Shown: piece by piece, positions 12,201 through 23,275 of the stretch | How positions within the stretch are numbered: the first letter of the stretch is position 1 | Layout of the letters: each line of letters opens with the position of its first letter | Assembly: GCA_013115145.1 (NCBI GenBank) | Contig: JAAPAO010000147.1 | Location: 1-62,599, forward strand | Direction of reading: 5' to 3' | From: Perkinsus chesapeaki ATCC PRA-425 | Taxonomy: Eukaryota > Protista > Perkinsozoa | DNA length: 62,599 bases | Program-made: the position numbers and the translations under genes | Notes under the pieces: model-generated | The model's input: only the letters and a program-made list of their open reading frames with translations | Told to the model about the DNA's origin: nothing | Database searches by the model: none

Positions 12201-13529
12201 CTATGTAAGTCCTATTAATAGGAACAGGCATCTAATCCCGATGTACCGAAAATACACCTGTTAGATTCCACACCCCATACAGTGGATATTACTACAAAGC
12301 TCCAGAGATGGTATTAACCAAGACAAGAGTGCCGCCACTATAAAGACATGAATACATCCCCTCTCCTCCCGAAGTACTTCAGGTGTCCGTTGATTATGTG
12401 TTGTAGCCGCTCCAAGCAATGTCTTACCAAGAATGCTATTCTGCATAGTGAAGGCTCCTGGCATATCCACACCTAAATTGACCGTCATTTTCTGATGGAA
12501 AAAACCGTAAAATGTATCCCTACAGCCATCGAGCATCGAAGGTAAAACCTCCCAAAGCTGCTCAACAACAGTAAACAGCTTCCTAGCTCGCGTAGGGTCC
12601 GCTGACTCATCTGATAGAAAAACCGTATTTCCGCCGTCTCTCGTTTCCCTACTGCTCTTAGCGATGCCATTAACGAACACCGCTGCTGGCAGCATCATAT
12701 TAACCCAATCGCTCAGCTGGCATCCGCATCCTCCCGCTGTCCTTATCAAAGGCAGCAGCCACAGCCGTGTTTCTACCGCGAACTCAGAGGTATCTTTCGA
12801 CCCTAGAAGTCGCCAAAGTCGAGCTGCCGGATCTTCCGCTGTCCCCGATGACACAATCTTCAGAGGTGCCACTCTCAAAACCGGCGATATCGAGAAAGTT
12901 AGAATCAATTCAACCCCTGAATGCAACTTTCAGCCCATCCTATCGAACTACCGTCTACCTGCATCAACTGCCGCCTTTGTGGTGTTCGCCGGGGAGCTCT
13001 TCTTCGCCACCCCTCTGCGATAGGAACTGACCGCAGAGAGTAGATCTCCCGTAGTGCCGCTCAAGACTGCAGTGTTGAATACGAAGTCGATGAGAGCTCC
13101 CCAAACTGGGTGAGAATTCAGCAGTGCGATCTGAACCGGAGTACACGCAAACTGGTGGAGATGGCTTGGCTGGTACCCTCCTGGATGAGTCTAGCTCTTT
13201 GCGGAGACCTTTAAGAAGATCTTCGAGGACCGGGAACAACAGGGTGGCCCATTGCGGCTTCACGGTAGCGTTATTAAGGGATTCCATACTAAGAAATGAG
13301 AAAAATAATATATAAATGAAATGGGGAAGTGGCGGCATAAGATTGAATTTAATCCAGATTGTGTGTACTATTTCTCATATGACAATCCTCAGATTTTCAG
13401 CTGCTTCCGATTATACCCCAGAAGGCGTATCCCTCTCCCTCCCTTATAACTACATCGCCGCCGCCTTATCAGCTTGCACAGTAGAATCCTGACCCTTCAC
13501 AAAGGCTGTAGCTGCCTCAGCCAGTGCTC
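6262..13529 (-). CDS. RRP12: RRP12-like ribosome biogenesis HEAT protein (many exons; 5' end probably up to ~13.9 kb, unresolved)
   Basis: The C-terminal exons have RRP12-like signatures: HRPLVKH|VQKQLERERRR, EPLDLL, DGKII and GSGDAQRQSAALQPYAYVRLNPK. Several internal exons join in frame across GT-AG introns, e.g. 9315-9373, 10685-10767 and 7668-7966. Confidence 0.75.
7826..7850 (+). other. tRNA 3'-end-like B-box element, antisense within an RRP12 intron
   Basis: GCAGG TTCGAAT CCCAG GTAAGAC A, lying inside the phase-0 intron 7668-7966. No A-box is visible. Confidence 0.55.
9315..9373 (-). mobile_element. 59-nt RRP12 intron carrying the shared 35-nt introner-like core (copy 1)
   Basis: Core 9325-9359 reads atcttgcaatcttg-gtga-atcttgcatttcctcaa on the minus strand. 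The flanking exons join in frame (ETL|GLVVEQCW). Confidence 0.6.
10685..10767 (-). pseudogene. 83-nt RRP12 intron consisting of a 73-nt tRNA-shaped element
   Basis: A-box TGGTCTAGTGG, fully pairable D-stem GTCT/AGGC, loop TT-GAA-GA and B-box GGTTCGAATC at canonical spacing, followed by TCTTTTTAG. The exons join in frame (AVAK-S-GCSVQ). Confidence 0.75.
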
Positions 13530-13910
13530 CTAGGAATACATGGACAACTGAAGGGACGGGTTAATAAATGGGAAGGGAGTGATAGTTACCATTATGGTCG
13601 GTGACAGTCGACATTACTGTCGATGGTGGCAACTAAAAATACGGATATTATTAGGCACTCAAACGCTACAATAGGTCCCTCAGATACACGGTGGTTGATT
13701 TACGGAATGGTAGGGAATGTAATTATAGTTTAAAACAAGATTCAAAGTAGGTTAATTGGATGTCCTCAGTTGAATAATCTATCGTTCTCTTTCGCGAATT
13801 TTATGGCTACTCTGGTCGCTGTACCATCCTCGGGCTTAGTGCTCAACTGATACCTTCATCTGCTACTATTTCCATCCTTTCCATAACCACAATGTCCTGT
13901 CACGCCAGAC

Positions 13911-13993
13911 ATCGAAATCGCTCATTTGGGCGAGCGCTATTTCGACTTTATAAGGATTAAACACCCTGGTTCGATTCCCACACCACGCATTTT
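13911..13993 (+). pseudogene. Degenerate tRNA-shaped element in the RRP12/GGC1 divergent region
   Basis: D-arm GCTC-ATTTGGGC-GAGC, B-box GGTTCGATTCC (13968-13978), 3' end ACCACGCA followed by TTTT. Acceptor and T stems are largely unpaired. Confidence 0.65.
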
Positions 13994-14171
13994 ACATTTT
14001 TCTGAACCACCGCGTTCATTACTGAATGTACACTCCTTCGCAACGTTACATTATAAATGGTTAAAGCGGTTCTTGGATATCTTACGGAATAAACCACGAA
14101 TCTTAGGTTGATGCAAGGAAGATTCCTTCCCCTGCAGTTTTTCTACCTTTGCTCTCTCGCCCCCATCCAAC

Positions 14172-15887
14172 ATGTCTCCGCCTCATTACAGTAATCAATC
14201 AAATGGCAACAAAACCTACGCTAGGGTTGTCGGCTCTGGTGTTGCGGGCATGTAAGCTAACCTACTTAGTATCCTATGTTGAAGCTTGCTTTTCCTGTCA
14301 GGGCTGAGTTGTGCATCTTTTATCCGGTGGATACTCTTGCCAAGCGATTGATGAACTCCAGCGCAACTCTAAATATGAACAATTGGCAAACGGTAAGATT
14401 CAAATCAGGTTGATTCGATGCCCTTCGTTGAATAATCGATCATTCTCTTTCCTCAGATTGTCTTCCAACAAGAGGCCGGTGCAGCCACTATCGGTGGCAT
14501 TCGAGGTTTCGTCGGCAAGTGGGCAGCTCTCTTCCCTGGTTTTGGTTATGGTGCCCTCTATAAGATATCTCAACGAATCTATAAATTTGGTGGGCAACCT
14601 GTCGTCAAGGAAGGTCTCGACAAATACGTTTTCCCTGCCGAACGGACCCCGACCCAGCAGTTCTGGTGTAAGCATGTCAGTTGATTCTATACTTCATTTA
14701 TCTTTAAGTTTCTCATGCTTCCATGGTAGCCCTACTTCTTGTCATTATTATAGTACATCTTGAACGTCTTGTGCTCATCTTTGCTACGTTTTATGCTTTC
14801 TTCGATATCCTTTAAACTGGGCATAGAATTGTATCCTAAAAGTTGTAGTTCATCCCCTCCATAGAGTATCTTTCCGTTACACTAAACAGGGCTCAGTCTT
14901 CCACGACGTGTATAATGTTTTATCTTCATTGCAGAGTCGGTGTTGCTAGCCCTCCTTTGTAGCCGTATGTTTCTCAGAGCTCATCTTATTAAGAGCGTTG
15001 ATTATCCTTTGGTCAGGTAATGGCTTGAGTGGTTCGCTCATCGGCGCCGGTGAAGTGGTATTGCTTCCATTTGACGTAACTTTCTTCTAAATAACCCATT
15101 TAATGCCCATTCCTTCAGGTGCTGAAAATCAAGTATCAGACCAATCCCGAGTACCGCAAGCTCAACTTCGCCCAGGTCTGCCAGAGGGAAGGCCTCTCCT
15201 CGCTCTACGCTGGTGCTGGTGTCACTGCCGCACGTAAAGGGAAAGTCGGTAGATCCCGAATTTGATTTTTTGTTGATGTTAGGGAACACTGCGGGCTCCT
15301 TTATGCTTTTTGGTGTCAACTACGCGGTTAAGCATAGTCTAACTGATGGCAAGAGCGGCAAGCCTGGATTCGTACACTTTGCTATTTCTAGTAAGGAACT
15401 GCTTGAAAACGACAGGCTAACAATTGCCGCTTCGCTTCTGTCAAAATGCGTCATTTCCATCCACAGAAGCCTAATGCCCTCCGTTTTACTGTGAAGTAGG
15501 AGGATGTCTTTTCATTCATATTTTCATCTTTTCATACCGATTTTCTCTCCAGTTTGTCTTGAATAACTCTCATTCCTTCCCTTTCCTTTAGGTACTGCGG
15601 GATCGGTGGCCAGTATTCTTGTAGCATGCCCTCTGGATGTGGTCAAGACACGCCTCCAGTCTGGCAACTACGCAGGATCCTCTGCACTTCGCATAATAGG
15701 CGATATCGCCGCGAAGGAAGGCCTCGGAGCATTCTTCAAGGGAAGCGTAAGCAGCAGCATTGTTGCTGAATGGTTTTTGTCGATACTGTTTTTTCAGATT
15801 CCGAAGGTTTTATCGGTCGGCCCGAAACTGACGTTCTCATTCACCCTGGCCCAGTACCTTATCGATACGATGGAGAGAATCTCCTGA
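14172..15887 (+). CDS. GGC1: Mitochondrial GTP/GDP carrier (Ggc1/Yhm1-like)
   Basis: Exons give ARVVGSGVAG, ELCIFYPVDTLAKRLMN, FPGFGYGALYKISQRIYKFGGQP, VLKIKYQTNPE, RNTAGSFMLFG, PLDVVKTRLQ and GPKLTFSFTLAQ, colinear with yeast Ggc1. Confidence 0.85.
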
Positions 15888-16562
15888 GCAGGTCTAATTC
15901 ATTCCATTAGTTTTAGGTGTAGCTTATGACATAGTTTCAGATGAAATAATCACGTTTCTGCAATATTTTGATGAGAATTAAGTTAAAGTCAATTAAAGAC
16001 TAGTCAACTATATAAGCTTGATATTTCTTCAAGCAAGAAATAATACATTAAAGTCCGACAGTACATGTTTTTGACTTGGCGGCAACTGATGATGCATAGA
16101 CAGTCGTCCTGCCACGTTGGAGAGTATTTCGTGGGTGAGATTAGTGTTCACATTTAAGCTCTCCTGGTGAGGCTAGTGATAAAACTAGCTCAAACGGTTT
16201 TCAAAGAGTGCGCCAACTAACTTTGGGACTTATAAAAGATTGCTAAAGTTTGGTTTCAGGCAATAGGAAGATCCCAGGTGTTGAATGATGCTGGTACTGT
16301 CTCGAGTGCCAGCAAGCGGCGGTACTACCTCTCTACGCCATTTCCACTAGTATCCGATAAGTGCTGCCGTCGCCAATCCGAGGGCCTCGTCAAGCGACCG
16401 TCTCGTCTCATCCATATTTCCTGTAGTGTCTCTCTTCTCGTATCACCATTTGTGCTAGCATTTTTGCACTACGCTGGAGAGTGCTGCACTGCGCTAGCTA
16501 CTGCTGCTCGCTCAACCCCGACGCCCAACTACAAGCTGTCATTTCCCCTTAGTGCAAATCTT

Positions 16563-17417
16563 ATGGGTTTCTGTACCGGCGTTTCCAAGTTCTTTCACTA
16601 CATCTTCGACACCTTCCTCTTCCTTGTGGGGGCCGCCGTCATGGCCATTGGTATCTATTTGGTTGCTTCTAACTACGAGGGTTTCATCGAAAAATGGTTC
16701 CTGTGGGTTTCCATATTCGCTGGAGCCCTCCTTATGATCTTTGCTATCATTGGTTGTGTTGCCGCTTCGAGCCAGACGAAGTGGGTTTTATGGCTCTACT
16801 GGATCATACCGGCTTTGGTCTTGGTTCTATTCCTTGTCACTGCTATCGGTATATCAGTGTACTTCTCCTATACCGACTCGTTGGCCGACAAGACTGCGGG
16901 TCAGCTGAACGCTCTAGATACCGGCTCTACGCTATATGATGTTTATGACGATATGCGCGAGGGCTACGGTACGCTGTGGGAGAAGCAAAACTGTGACGTG
17001 AATTGCACTATTAATAATCTTGCTGCTATCGAATGTACCGAAGTGATCTGTGATGATGGTACAGTAGAGGATTGGATGAATGATTGGATTGAAGATGCCT
17101 CCCCTGGTATATCAGCATCATCATTTGAAGTATGTCGTGAGCTATCTATCAACGCTAAGGGTATTGAAGGTAGCGAATCGGCTACTAGTGGATGGTGTGC
17201 TAGTAACATCGCCGTCGTAAGTGATATTAACGACTGGATGCTCGGTTTCATGATCGGTTTATGGATTGTTGTTGGTTTTATTCTCCTCGCTTTGGTTGCC
17301 AATTGCATGCTGATTATCTTCCGGAAAAAGGACAAGTCAAGAGCCGCTGACGTAGCCCCCGTAACGGCGACTAACACTCAAGCTGCGCCTTCTGTTGGCA
17401 CTCCTCAGGAGGTTTGA
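16563..17417 (+). CDS. Tetraspanin-like 4-TM protein 1
   Basis: Intronless. Three N-terminal TM helices, a Cys-rich large loop (C..C..C..C..C..WC) and one C-terminal TM. ATG at 16563. Confidence 0.8.
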   Translation: MGFCTGVSKFFHYIFDTFLFLVGAAVMAIGIYLVASNYEGFIEKWFLWVSIFAGALLMIFAIIGCVAASSQTKWVLWLYWIIPALVLVLFLVTAIGISVYFSYTDSLADKTAGQLNALDTGSTLYDVYDDMREGYGTLWEKQNCDVNCTINNLAAIECTEVICDDGTVEDWMNDWIEDASPGISASSFEVCRELSINAKGIEGSESATSGWCASNIAVVSDINDWMLGFMIGLWIVVGFILLALVANCMLIIFRKKDKSRAADVAPVTATNTQAAPSVGTPQEV

Positions 17418-17543
17418 TTAATTCAACTATTTTTACCTCTCAAGAACAGTTTCTCGTACTATCATCTTTACTACTACTTTTTTGTGTTCGGCCTCCTTCT
17501 CTTGATGTCTTCTTTCCTCAGGTTTCCCTCTTTACATTTCCAA

Positions 17544-18314
17544 ATGGGTTTCTGTTCCGGTTGCTCAAAGTTCGTTCACTACATCTTTGACACAGCCCTC
17601 TTCATCGTCGGTGCCGTCATTATGAGTATGAGTATCTATCTTGTTGCCTCCAACTACAACGGTTTCGTCGAGGAGTGGTGGGCGTGGGTGGCCATATTCG
17701 CCGGTGTCTTCCTTATGGTTGCAGCAATAATAGGTTGTTTTGCTGCCCACAGCAAGAAGAAGCTTATCCTCTGGCTCTATGAAATAATACCGTTCGTGGT
17801 TATGGTTCTCTTCATCATTGCTGCCATTGGTGCCTCAGTGTATTTCTCGTATACGGATCGTTTGGCCGACAAGACTGCTGCTGAGTTGAACTCCTTGGAC
17901 ACCGATTCTAACACTTATGACGTCTATGACGACATCCGTCAGGTCTACGGCACTCTCTGGAAGGACCAACAATGTAACGTGAATTGCACTATTAATAATC
18001 TTGCTGCTATCGAATGTACCGAAGTGATCTGTGATGATGGTACAGTAGAGGATTGGATGAATGATTGGATTGAAGATGCCTCCCCTGGAATATCAGCATC
18101 ATCATTTGAAGTATGTCGTGAGCTATCTATCAACGCTAAGGGTATTGAAGGTAGCGAGTCGGCTACTAGTGGATGGTGTGCTAGTAACACTGCTGTGATC
18201 AGTGATGCTAACGATTGGACCCTCGGTTTCATGATAACCTTCTGGGTGCTCTCCGGCTTCCTATTTATCGTATTGATTGCTAATTGCATTCTAATTAGCC
18301 GCAGGAAGGGCTAG
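17544..18314 (+). CDS. Tetraspanin-like protein 2
   Basis: Paralog with the same topology and a 213-nt loop tract nearly identical to gene 1. Confidence 0.8.
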   Translation: MGFCSGCSKFVHYIFDTALFIVGAVIMSMSIYLVASNYNGFVEEWWAWVAIFAGVFLMVAAIIGCFAAHSKKKLILWLYEIIPFVVMVLFIIAAIGASVYFSYTDRLADKTAAELNSLDTDSNTYDVYDDIRQVYGTLWKDQQCNVNCTINNLAAIECTEVICDDGTVEDWMNDWIEDASPGISASSFEVCRELSINAKGIEGSESATSGWCASNTAVISDANDWTLGFMITFWVLSGFLFIVLIANCILISRRKG

Positions 18315-18480
18315 TGTCCCCTGCGGCGTTGTGCGCTGGTCTTCGCTGTTTCCTTAGTTTCAATAACCTCTAATTTTTAACGCACTCATATCGTCTCTCA
18401 GTGTACCTCCTTGACCGGTGTTGTGTAGGCGAAGCCACTCTGTGTTATTTGTTTTCAGATTTGGTTTACTATTTCTTCAA

Positions 18481-19344
18481 ATGGGTTTCTGTACGAAATT
18501 TGCCAAGTTCATACACTATATTATGGACGTTATAATATTCCTCATGGGTGCCGGTATCCTAGCCGTGTCTATCTATCTCCTGGCATCTGATTTCCAAGGC
18601 TTCGTCGATCAATGGTGGGTTTGGATCGCCCTTGCCGGCGGTATCGTCCTTATTATTGGCGGCGTTCTCGGTTGCATCGGTACCAAGCTCGGCGAAAAGT
18701 GGGTCCTCTGGATTTACAGTATTCTTCCGGGTATCATGCTCGCTATTATTCTCGCTGGTGCTATCGCCTCCTCGATTTACCTTGCCTATACCAACGATCT
18801 GAATGACAAGAATCCGGCGGAGCTCAATTTGCTAGATAACGACTCTAACGTATTCGAAGTCTACGAGCACATTCGGCAAGGTTACGGTAACTTTTGGCGT
18901 GACAACAGTTGTAACGTCGTTTGCTCCGTGACAAGCTTGGCGACCTTGGAGTGCGGTGAGGTGTCCTGTAATGACGATACTGCGGAAGATTGGATGAACG
19001 ACTGGATCAAAGACGGAGCTCCTCGCGTTTCGGGTCCATCCTTCGAGACTTGCCGTATTCTTTCTCTAGGGGCGAACGGCATCGGTCTCAGTGTCCCCGC
19101 TGCTACCGGTTGGTGTGCTAGTAATACTGCGGTTATTGACGATGTTAATGATTGGGCATTGGGGGTGATGATTGCTCTCTGGGTGGTTGCTGGTGTTCTT
19201 ATTCTTCTACTTATCGTCAATTGCGTCCTCATCAAGCAGGACAATAAACAGAAGTCTCGAGGAGTGGTTATCGCACCGACCACGGCGAACACGTCTGCCG
19301 ATCCTAACGCTTTCGTGGGAACGCCTGCGAACGTTGAGGTTTGA
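18481..19344 (+). CDS. Tetraspanin-like protein 3
   Basis: Paralog starting MGFCTKFAKF with the same Cys pattern. Confidence 0.8.
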   Translation: MGFCTKFAKFIHYIMDVIIFLMGAGILAVSIYLLASDFQGFVDQWWVWIALAGGIVLIIGGVLGCIGTKLGEKWVLWIYSILPGIMLAIILAGAIASSIYLAYTNDLNDKNPAELNLLDNDSNVFEVYEHIRQGYGNFWRDNSCNVVCSVTSLATLECGEVSCNDDTAEDWMNDWIKDGAPRVSGPSFETCRILSLGANGIGLSVPAATGWCASNTAVIDDVNDWALGVMIALWVVAGVLILLLIVNCVLIKQDNKQKSRGVVIAPTTANTSADPNAFVGTPANVEV

Positions 19345-19714
19345 TAAGTGAATATTAGTATTTATCATTTAATTGTGATGTGATTGCTATAATGTGAGTG
19401 AATGCTAGTCAGTCTACGTTCTTTGCTTCCTAGTTTCATTAACTATAGTTTCCTAGTAGTCTACTCTAAGCCTTGTGTATTCAATTTAATCGGAAAAGGT
19501 TTGGCCTAGCCTACCAGTCACGATCACATTCGTATAATTGATTTCGAACGACTGACGTATTTGATACTCGACTCAAATCCAACCTCATTTGGTAACTTAT
19601 CAACATCTCTATACTACACATGAATATGTCGCTTCGGAGGTGTAGACAACACAGTGTTGTTATTGATAAGTATTATTGCAACCGTTTCAGCTACTGGCTT
19701 TGTTACTGGCCTCA

Positions 19715-20530
19715 ATGTCAGCCTGCTGTAGTGAGTTCTCTGCATGGATCAACTACTTATTCAGTACACTAGTATTCACCCTTGGCGGCCTCATTGTTGC
19801 CGCTAGCATTTGGTATTTATTTTCTGAGTTCAGCGATCTCGTTGAGACCTGGATGATATGGATAGCTCTCGGTGGTGGTATTTTACTGATCGTGCTCTCC
19901 ATTGTAAGCTGCTGCGCCGCCAAGAAAAGGAAGAAGTGCCTATTGGCGTTCTTCTGGTGCCTCGCTCTCGTGCTCTCCGTGGTCTTCTTGGTTGGCTCTG
20001 GTCTATCTACGGCCTTCTTCAGCGTCACCAACGAGTTGAGAACAACTACACTCCTATTCGACAGGTTGCCAACATTGGAGGCCGAAGCCTACGACATCAT
20101 CCGCAAGGGCTTTGTCGAGATTTGGCAGTCTGACAACTGCGATGTTTCGTGCGACTACGAGGAGCTTAAAGCAGTTTCATGTGAAGCTGCGACCTGCGAG
20201 ACAAACGTTGTCGAAACCCAGATGAACGATTGGATCAAGTCCGGTTTGGTTGAAGTCTCCCCCGATGTATACGAACACTGTGTGAACGTGACCGAGTCCG
20301 TCGATAATTTTGAAAGCAGTACCATCTTGGCCTGGTGTGCCAGCAGCACTGCAGTTATCTCCGACGTTCGAGACTGGTCACTGTGGGCGATGGTCACTCT
20401 GTGGATCGTCACTCTCTTCACATTCATGCTGGCGATTGCCAATTGCGTTCTGTTCTGCAGCCACCCACTCGGGGGCGACAGGCTTATGAACGTGCCTCTG
20501 GCGCATTCCGTTAACGTATTGAAGGTTTAG
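19715..20530 (+). CDS. Tetraspanin-like protein 4
   Basis: Paralog starting MSACCSEF, with WCASSTAV motif. Confidence 0.8.
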   Translation: MSACCSEFSAWINYLFSTLVFTLGGLIVAASIWYLFSEFSDLVETWMIWIALGGGILLIVLSIVSCCAAKKRKKCLLAFFWCLALVLSVVFLVGSGLSTAFFSVTNELRTTTLLFDRLPTLEAEAYDIIRKGFVEIWQSDNCDVSCDYEELKAVSCEAATCETNVVETQMNDWIKSGLVEVSPDVYEHCVNVTESVDNFESSTILAWCASSTAVISDVRDWSLWAMVTLWIVTLFTFMLAIANCVLFCSHPLGGDRLMNVPLAHSVNVLKV

Positions 20531-20939
20531 GATAATATTCTTTATTATTTTTAATAAGCTCCTCGTCGTCGTCGTCGACGTGAGCTCCATGAAAAGTAGA
20601 CTGATGCTATCTCATGATAGCCATCTTGAACATCGAATGAAGTGACTTTAAGGCGTCTGTGATGCGTGATAATAATTACCTTACAATCTTGTTGTTGTGC
20701 CGTCAATAAGTTCTCCTAACGGAGTGAGTTATTGAAAAAACAGTCAGGGAAAAGGCTCTGTAATCCACACATACTTACATAACGCTTTTAATTCGGCAGG
20801 AAATCGTCGGTCTGAGGTAGCTCAGGTCGATAACAGCGAACGCGAGTTGTTGGCAGAATCGGTATAGCTATCCTTAGCCAGATACCCTCTGTATCCTAAC
20901 GCTTACTGCTTCTCTCTGACTCAGTTATCTTTCCAACAA

Positions 20940-21821
20940 ATGGCCTGCTTCACCGTTTCTCTGAAGCTTATCAATTATCTGATAAGTGCTCTGCTCGTTC
21001 TTATTGGTATCGCTCTCGCTATTACTGCTATTGTCGGCCTTGCTACACCCAACAATGAAGCCTTCACTGCGTCTATGATAGCTGTTCTGGTCCTCTGTGT
21101 CCTCATCGTCATTGTTGGTGCCCTTGGTGCATGTGCCACTAAAAAGGGCAACAGGATCCTTCTCGGTATCTTCTGCTGCGTTGCCGGTATCTTATTTGTC
21201 CTCTGTTTCTTGTCGGCCCTTGCTGGGACGACTATCATGTCCCAGACACACTACCTCGCCGACCTCGATAACGCTGGTCTTAACGGTGTTGACCCCGACT
21301 CCGTTCCCGGTGGATTTTACGTCCTCACCAGAGACGCCTATGCCGGTTTCTATAGCTCACAGCATTGCCGAGGGCCGAGCTGCCGCTTTGTTGAAGGCGA
21401 ATTGAGATGCCCCATACCTATTCAGTGCGACACTAACAGCCTCACCAAAAGCCTAAACGACTTGCTTTATACCGCCATCAAGCGTGGTAATCCCACGGCA
21501 AGTTCACTGTCAGTCTGCGAGAATGACCGTGGCTTAGACGACCCGTTTTATCGTCAGTCAGGGGCTGTTAATGCCTGGTGTATCAGCCGAACTGCTGCTA
21601 TGGCCAGAGTTGATGGTTGGACCCTTGGAACTGGTATCGTTCTCTGGGCCCTTACTGCCTTTCTACTCTTAATATCTATAACTAACGGCCTGCTTGCCTG
21701 CACTCTTCAGAGGAAGAGTGCCATCAAGGGCGGTGTTATCCTCGCGATGCCCGCTGGAACTCCACAAGTGCCACCTTCAACTCAGGATGCTCAACCGCCA
21801 GTTGTCGCCACCAACGTATAG
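20940..21821 (+). CDS. Tetraspanin-like protein 5
   Basis: Paralog with GALGACATKK and WCISRT motifs. Confidence 0.8.
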   Translation: MACFTVSLKLINYLISALLVLIGIALAITAIVGLATPNNEAFTASMIAVLVLCVLIVIVGALGACATKKGNRILLGIFCCVAGILFVLCFLSALAGTTIMSQTHYLADLDNAGLNGVDPDSVPGGFYVLTRDAYAGFYSSQHCRGPSCRFVEGELRCPIPIQCDTNSLTKSLNDLLYTAIKRGNPTASSLSVCENDRGLDDPFYRQSGAVNAWCISRTAAMARVDGWTLGTGIVLWALTAFLLLISITNGLLACTLQRKSAIKGGVILAMPAGTPQVPPSTQDAQPPVVATNV

Positions 21822-22062
21822 CTCTTTTTAACTCGCTTACCGCAACTTTTGTAACCATCTCGTTGAGTCACCATGCTTGTAATCCGAGGAATGCCTGTCG
21901 GAGTTGTGTTTTCCGAATGGGGAGCGCACAATCTCGCACAACTTTTCGATGTACAAGTGTTATCAGCTGCGACAAACAGGGTATCTTACCCCACTGCCCT
22001 CGAGCCGGCATTGCTCTGGTCCATTGGAAGGTTCATTTTCCTGTATGTAGTAGATTTTTTGT

Positions 22063-22845
22063 ATGATATCCTCTCAGAGACGCCTGAACGTCATCAATTA
22101 TACTATTAACGGTATCCTAATATGCATTGGTGTCGTCCTCATATCATTCTCTTTATACGCATTAGTCTCTAAAAGGCTTAGCCTAACACGGCACGCTTGG
22201 TTGTATGGTATTCCACCGGTTGGCGTTATATTGATACTTCTTGGTCTTCTCGGGTGTTGGGCCACTAAGAGGCGTAAGCTCGTTGTTATGGCGTACTACT
22301 GCGGCATAGCAGCACTGTTATTCGTCTTTGCCTTCATTGCTGCGCTTGGTTTTACCTTGCGTGCCTCTGATACCCATTATCTTTCAAATCTGGCACGAAG
22401 TGATCTCAACACTCTCGATAAGAGGCCCGCCAAGACCTATGCTGGCATCAGGGCATCGTATGCTGCCTTCTACACTTTAGATGGCTGCTCAGGACCCTCT
22501 TGTTCACAAGATGCCATTTGTACCAATATTCGTTGTAGTTCACCTCCGATCACGGAAGCCCTCAACTCGTGGCTGTCACCCTCCCCAATAGCCAGCTCTA
22601 CCTTCGACAAGTGTATAGCTGATGCCCTCAGTGATGAGCAGTTCGACATTGCAATCGCTGAAGGATGGTGCTCTAGTAACATCACAGTGCTCGATCTCGT
22701 CAATTACTGGACAATCGCAATTCTAACCGCTTTATGGTTCTCCGCCTTGTTCGTTCTCCTTGTTTCTACTAACAACGGTTTAATCGTCTTTTGCAGCGCG
22801 GATAGCGACGACCATTCCGAAGAGATGGATGGTGTTTACATATAA
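22063..22845 (+). CDS. Tetraspanin-like protein 6
   Basis: Paralog with GLLGCWATKRR and WCSSN motifs. Start uncertain. Confidence 0.75.
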   Translation: MISSQRRLNVINYTINGILICIGVVLISFSLYALVSKRLSLTRHAWLYGIPPVGVILILLGLLGCWATKRRKLVVMAYYCGIAALLFVFAFIAALGFTLRASDTHYLSNLARSDLNTLDKRPAKTYAGIRASYAAFYTLDGCSGPSCSQDAICTNIRCSSPPITEALNSWLSPSPIASSTFDKCIADALSDEQFDIAIAEGWCSSNITVLDLVNYWTIAILTALWFSALFVLLVSTNNGLIVFCSADSDDHSEEMDGVYI

Positions 22846-23275
22846 AACCATCTACACTTTAAACTCCCCTATTCGCCATTGCGTTTTTTAAATCCATTGC
22901 TTTGGGTATACATGGTTTATTACCCTTTCGGTGCTCACCGTGGGTAAACTCCCACCGCACGACGCGAGGCTGCTGACGTAGCATTGCGCATGCGTGCAAA
23001 TATTGCACGCATGCGCACCGCCCCCGAGACGGGCAATGTGCATTGGTAATCATTTTCAAGGGGTCGTCTACAACTAATCCGGAAGTGAGGAAAGTGCCCC
23101 AGTGTTAATCCATTCGTTGGAGGGCAAGCGATTTTAATAGGTGCCATTTAAAAAAGCGGAGGCCTTCAGGATCTCCGAGTAACCGGATCCATGACGTTTC
23201 TACTCTTATGGATTCGCTTGTGATACTGTTGACGACTAAATGTGTTATATCTAAGTTAGCTCATTTTATTCAATA

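Noticed and set aside
13990-14110. Permuted or split tRNA (5' half downstream of 3' half)
   Set aside because: I found no sequence complementary to the acceptor strand and no A-box downstream of this element. The other elements showed no obvious downstream half on reading, but were not checked systematically.
20618-20628. Spliced-leader relic (TAGCCATCTTG; also CGTAGCCATC at 44370-44379)
   Set aside because: Only 10-11 nt match and neither is adjacent to a start codon, so chance cannot be excluded.
22930-22962. Variable-arm plus T-arm-like hairpins (GGTG-CT-CACC, GTGGG-TAAACT-CCCAC)
   Set aside because: The loop lacks TTCRA and no A-box is present. It may be a further relic but is not supportable.
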